Source of the DNA: an uncultured Methanosarcinales archaeon
GTDB lineage: Archaea; Halobacteriota; Methanosarcinia; Methanotrichales; Methanotrichaceae
Assembly: GCA_963843555.1 (NCBI GenBank)
Contig: CAWJKV010000018.1
Coordinates: 32,001 to 96,000 of the forward strand
DNA length: 64,000 nucleotides
Reading direction: 5' to 3'
The notes under the pieces are model-generated. The model was not told the origin of the DNA and made no database searches. It saw only the letters and a list, made by a program, of their open reading frames with translations. The position numbers and the translations under genes were made by a program. Numbering within the stretch: the stretch's first letter is position 1; each line of letters begins with the position of its first letter. Shown piece by piece: positions 63,493 to 64,000 of the stretch.

Positions 63493-63726
63493 ATGGAAGA
63501 GAAGATCACCCTCACCTTCACGGAGGAGCATAAGTATCAGCTTGAGTTCTCTCCGCCCGCCTTTTGGATGGAATATGCGAAAGGTTATGGTGGTCTTCCC
63601 TGGATAGAGATCAGCGACGAAAGAACTGCTATCGTCGCTGAAAACTATTCCTATCTGCTGGACCTTCTGGTTCAGGCGAGGCTATACCGGCTTAGCAAGC
63701 TGCCTTTTGAAGCGCGATTGAAGTAA
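63493..63726 (+). CDS. Hypothetical protein
   Basis: ATG 1 bp after the aIF-2beta stop; open 77-codon frame. Confidence 0.6.
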   Translation: MEEKITLTFTEEHKYQLEFSPPAFWMEYAKGYGGLPWIEISDERTAIVAENYSYLLDLLVQARLYRLSKLPFEARLK

Positions 63727-63743
63727 TCATTAAAAGTCGATAG

Positions 63744-64000
63744 ATGTCCGAACCAATGGCATCCATGCAGGGCTACCTCATTCGAGGCCTGCCAATCATC
63801 AACGAGGGCGATGATGTCGCCTCATTGGTCCAGTCTCTTTTTGAGTTTCAAGATGGAGATGTGCTCTGCCTTGCCAGCACCATTGTTGCCAAGTCGGAGG
63901 GCCGTTTCCGGGATCTTGAGAGCTATCATGCCAGGCGCAGCGCGCGGCAACGATTGCCCGGGAATCGGGAAAGACCCCCGGTTTGTGCAGGCCGTCCTGG
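63744..64000 (+). CDS. cofE: Coenzyme F420-0:L-glutamate ligase, 5' part (runs off the window)
   Basis: GLPII.EGDD.A, DGDVL.LAST.VAKSEGR. Confidence 0.8.
   Translation, partial: MSEPMASMQGYLIRGLPIINEGDDVASLVQSLFEFQDGDVLCLASTIVAKSEGRFRDLESYHARRSARQRLPGNRERPPVCAGRP

Overview
Archaeal chromosome segment, most likely from an acetoclastic methanogen of the Methanothrix (Methanotrichaceae) type. This assignment is inferred from aclBA, PAN, MBF1, AMP phosphorylase, GatD, uL16, aIF-2beta-TRAM, CofE and Rpp21. Housekeeping blocks alternate with accessory regions. (i) 1-4.3 kb: a candidate archaeal RiPP cluster with an MFS transporter end, two B12-dependent radical SAM enzymes, a PqqD/RRE-domain protein and a 130-aa putative precursor with a repeated W-[ST][ST]-[IV]3-[ND]-P core. 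This is the best candidate for an undescribed system. (ii) 4.7-6.9 kb: a TA/pseudogene patch. (iii) 16-20 kb: a stress/DNA-repair patch (KGG hydrophilin, stand-alone LigD phosphoesterase, Fpg, degenerate TopoVI-A-like protein). (iv) 21-25 kb: glutaredoxin/FDR/CopA/YHS. (v) 25-28 kb: a DUF4062-STAND-TPR NLR-like gene. (vi) About 37-57 kb: a visibly AT-richer, bacterial-type island with membrane proteins, a full N-ATPase operon, a holin-AlkP protein and a sulfatase maturase. One tRNA-Pro(TGG) is present. No rRNA, CRISPR array, integrase or intact transposase was seen. Many genes, including presumably essential ones, carry single-base frameshifts, so the sequence probably contains long-read indel errors and pseudogene calls are provisional. 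All family assignments are from motif recognition, not database searches.
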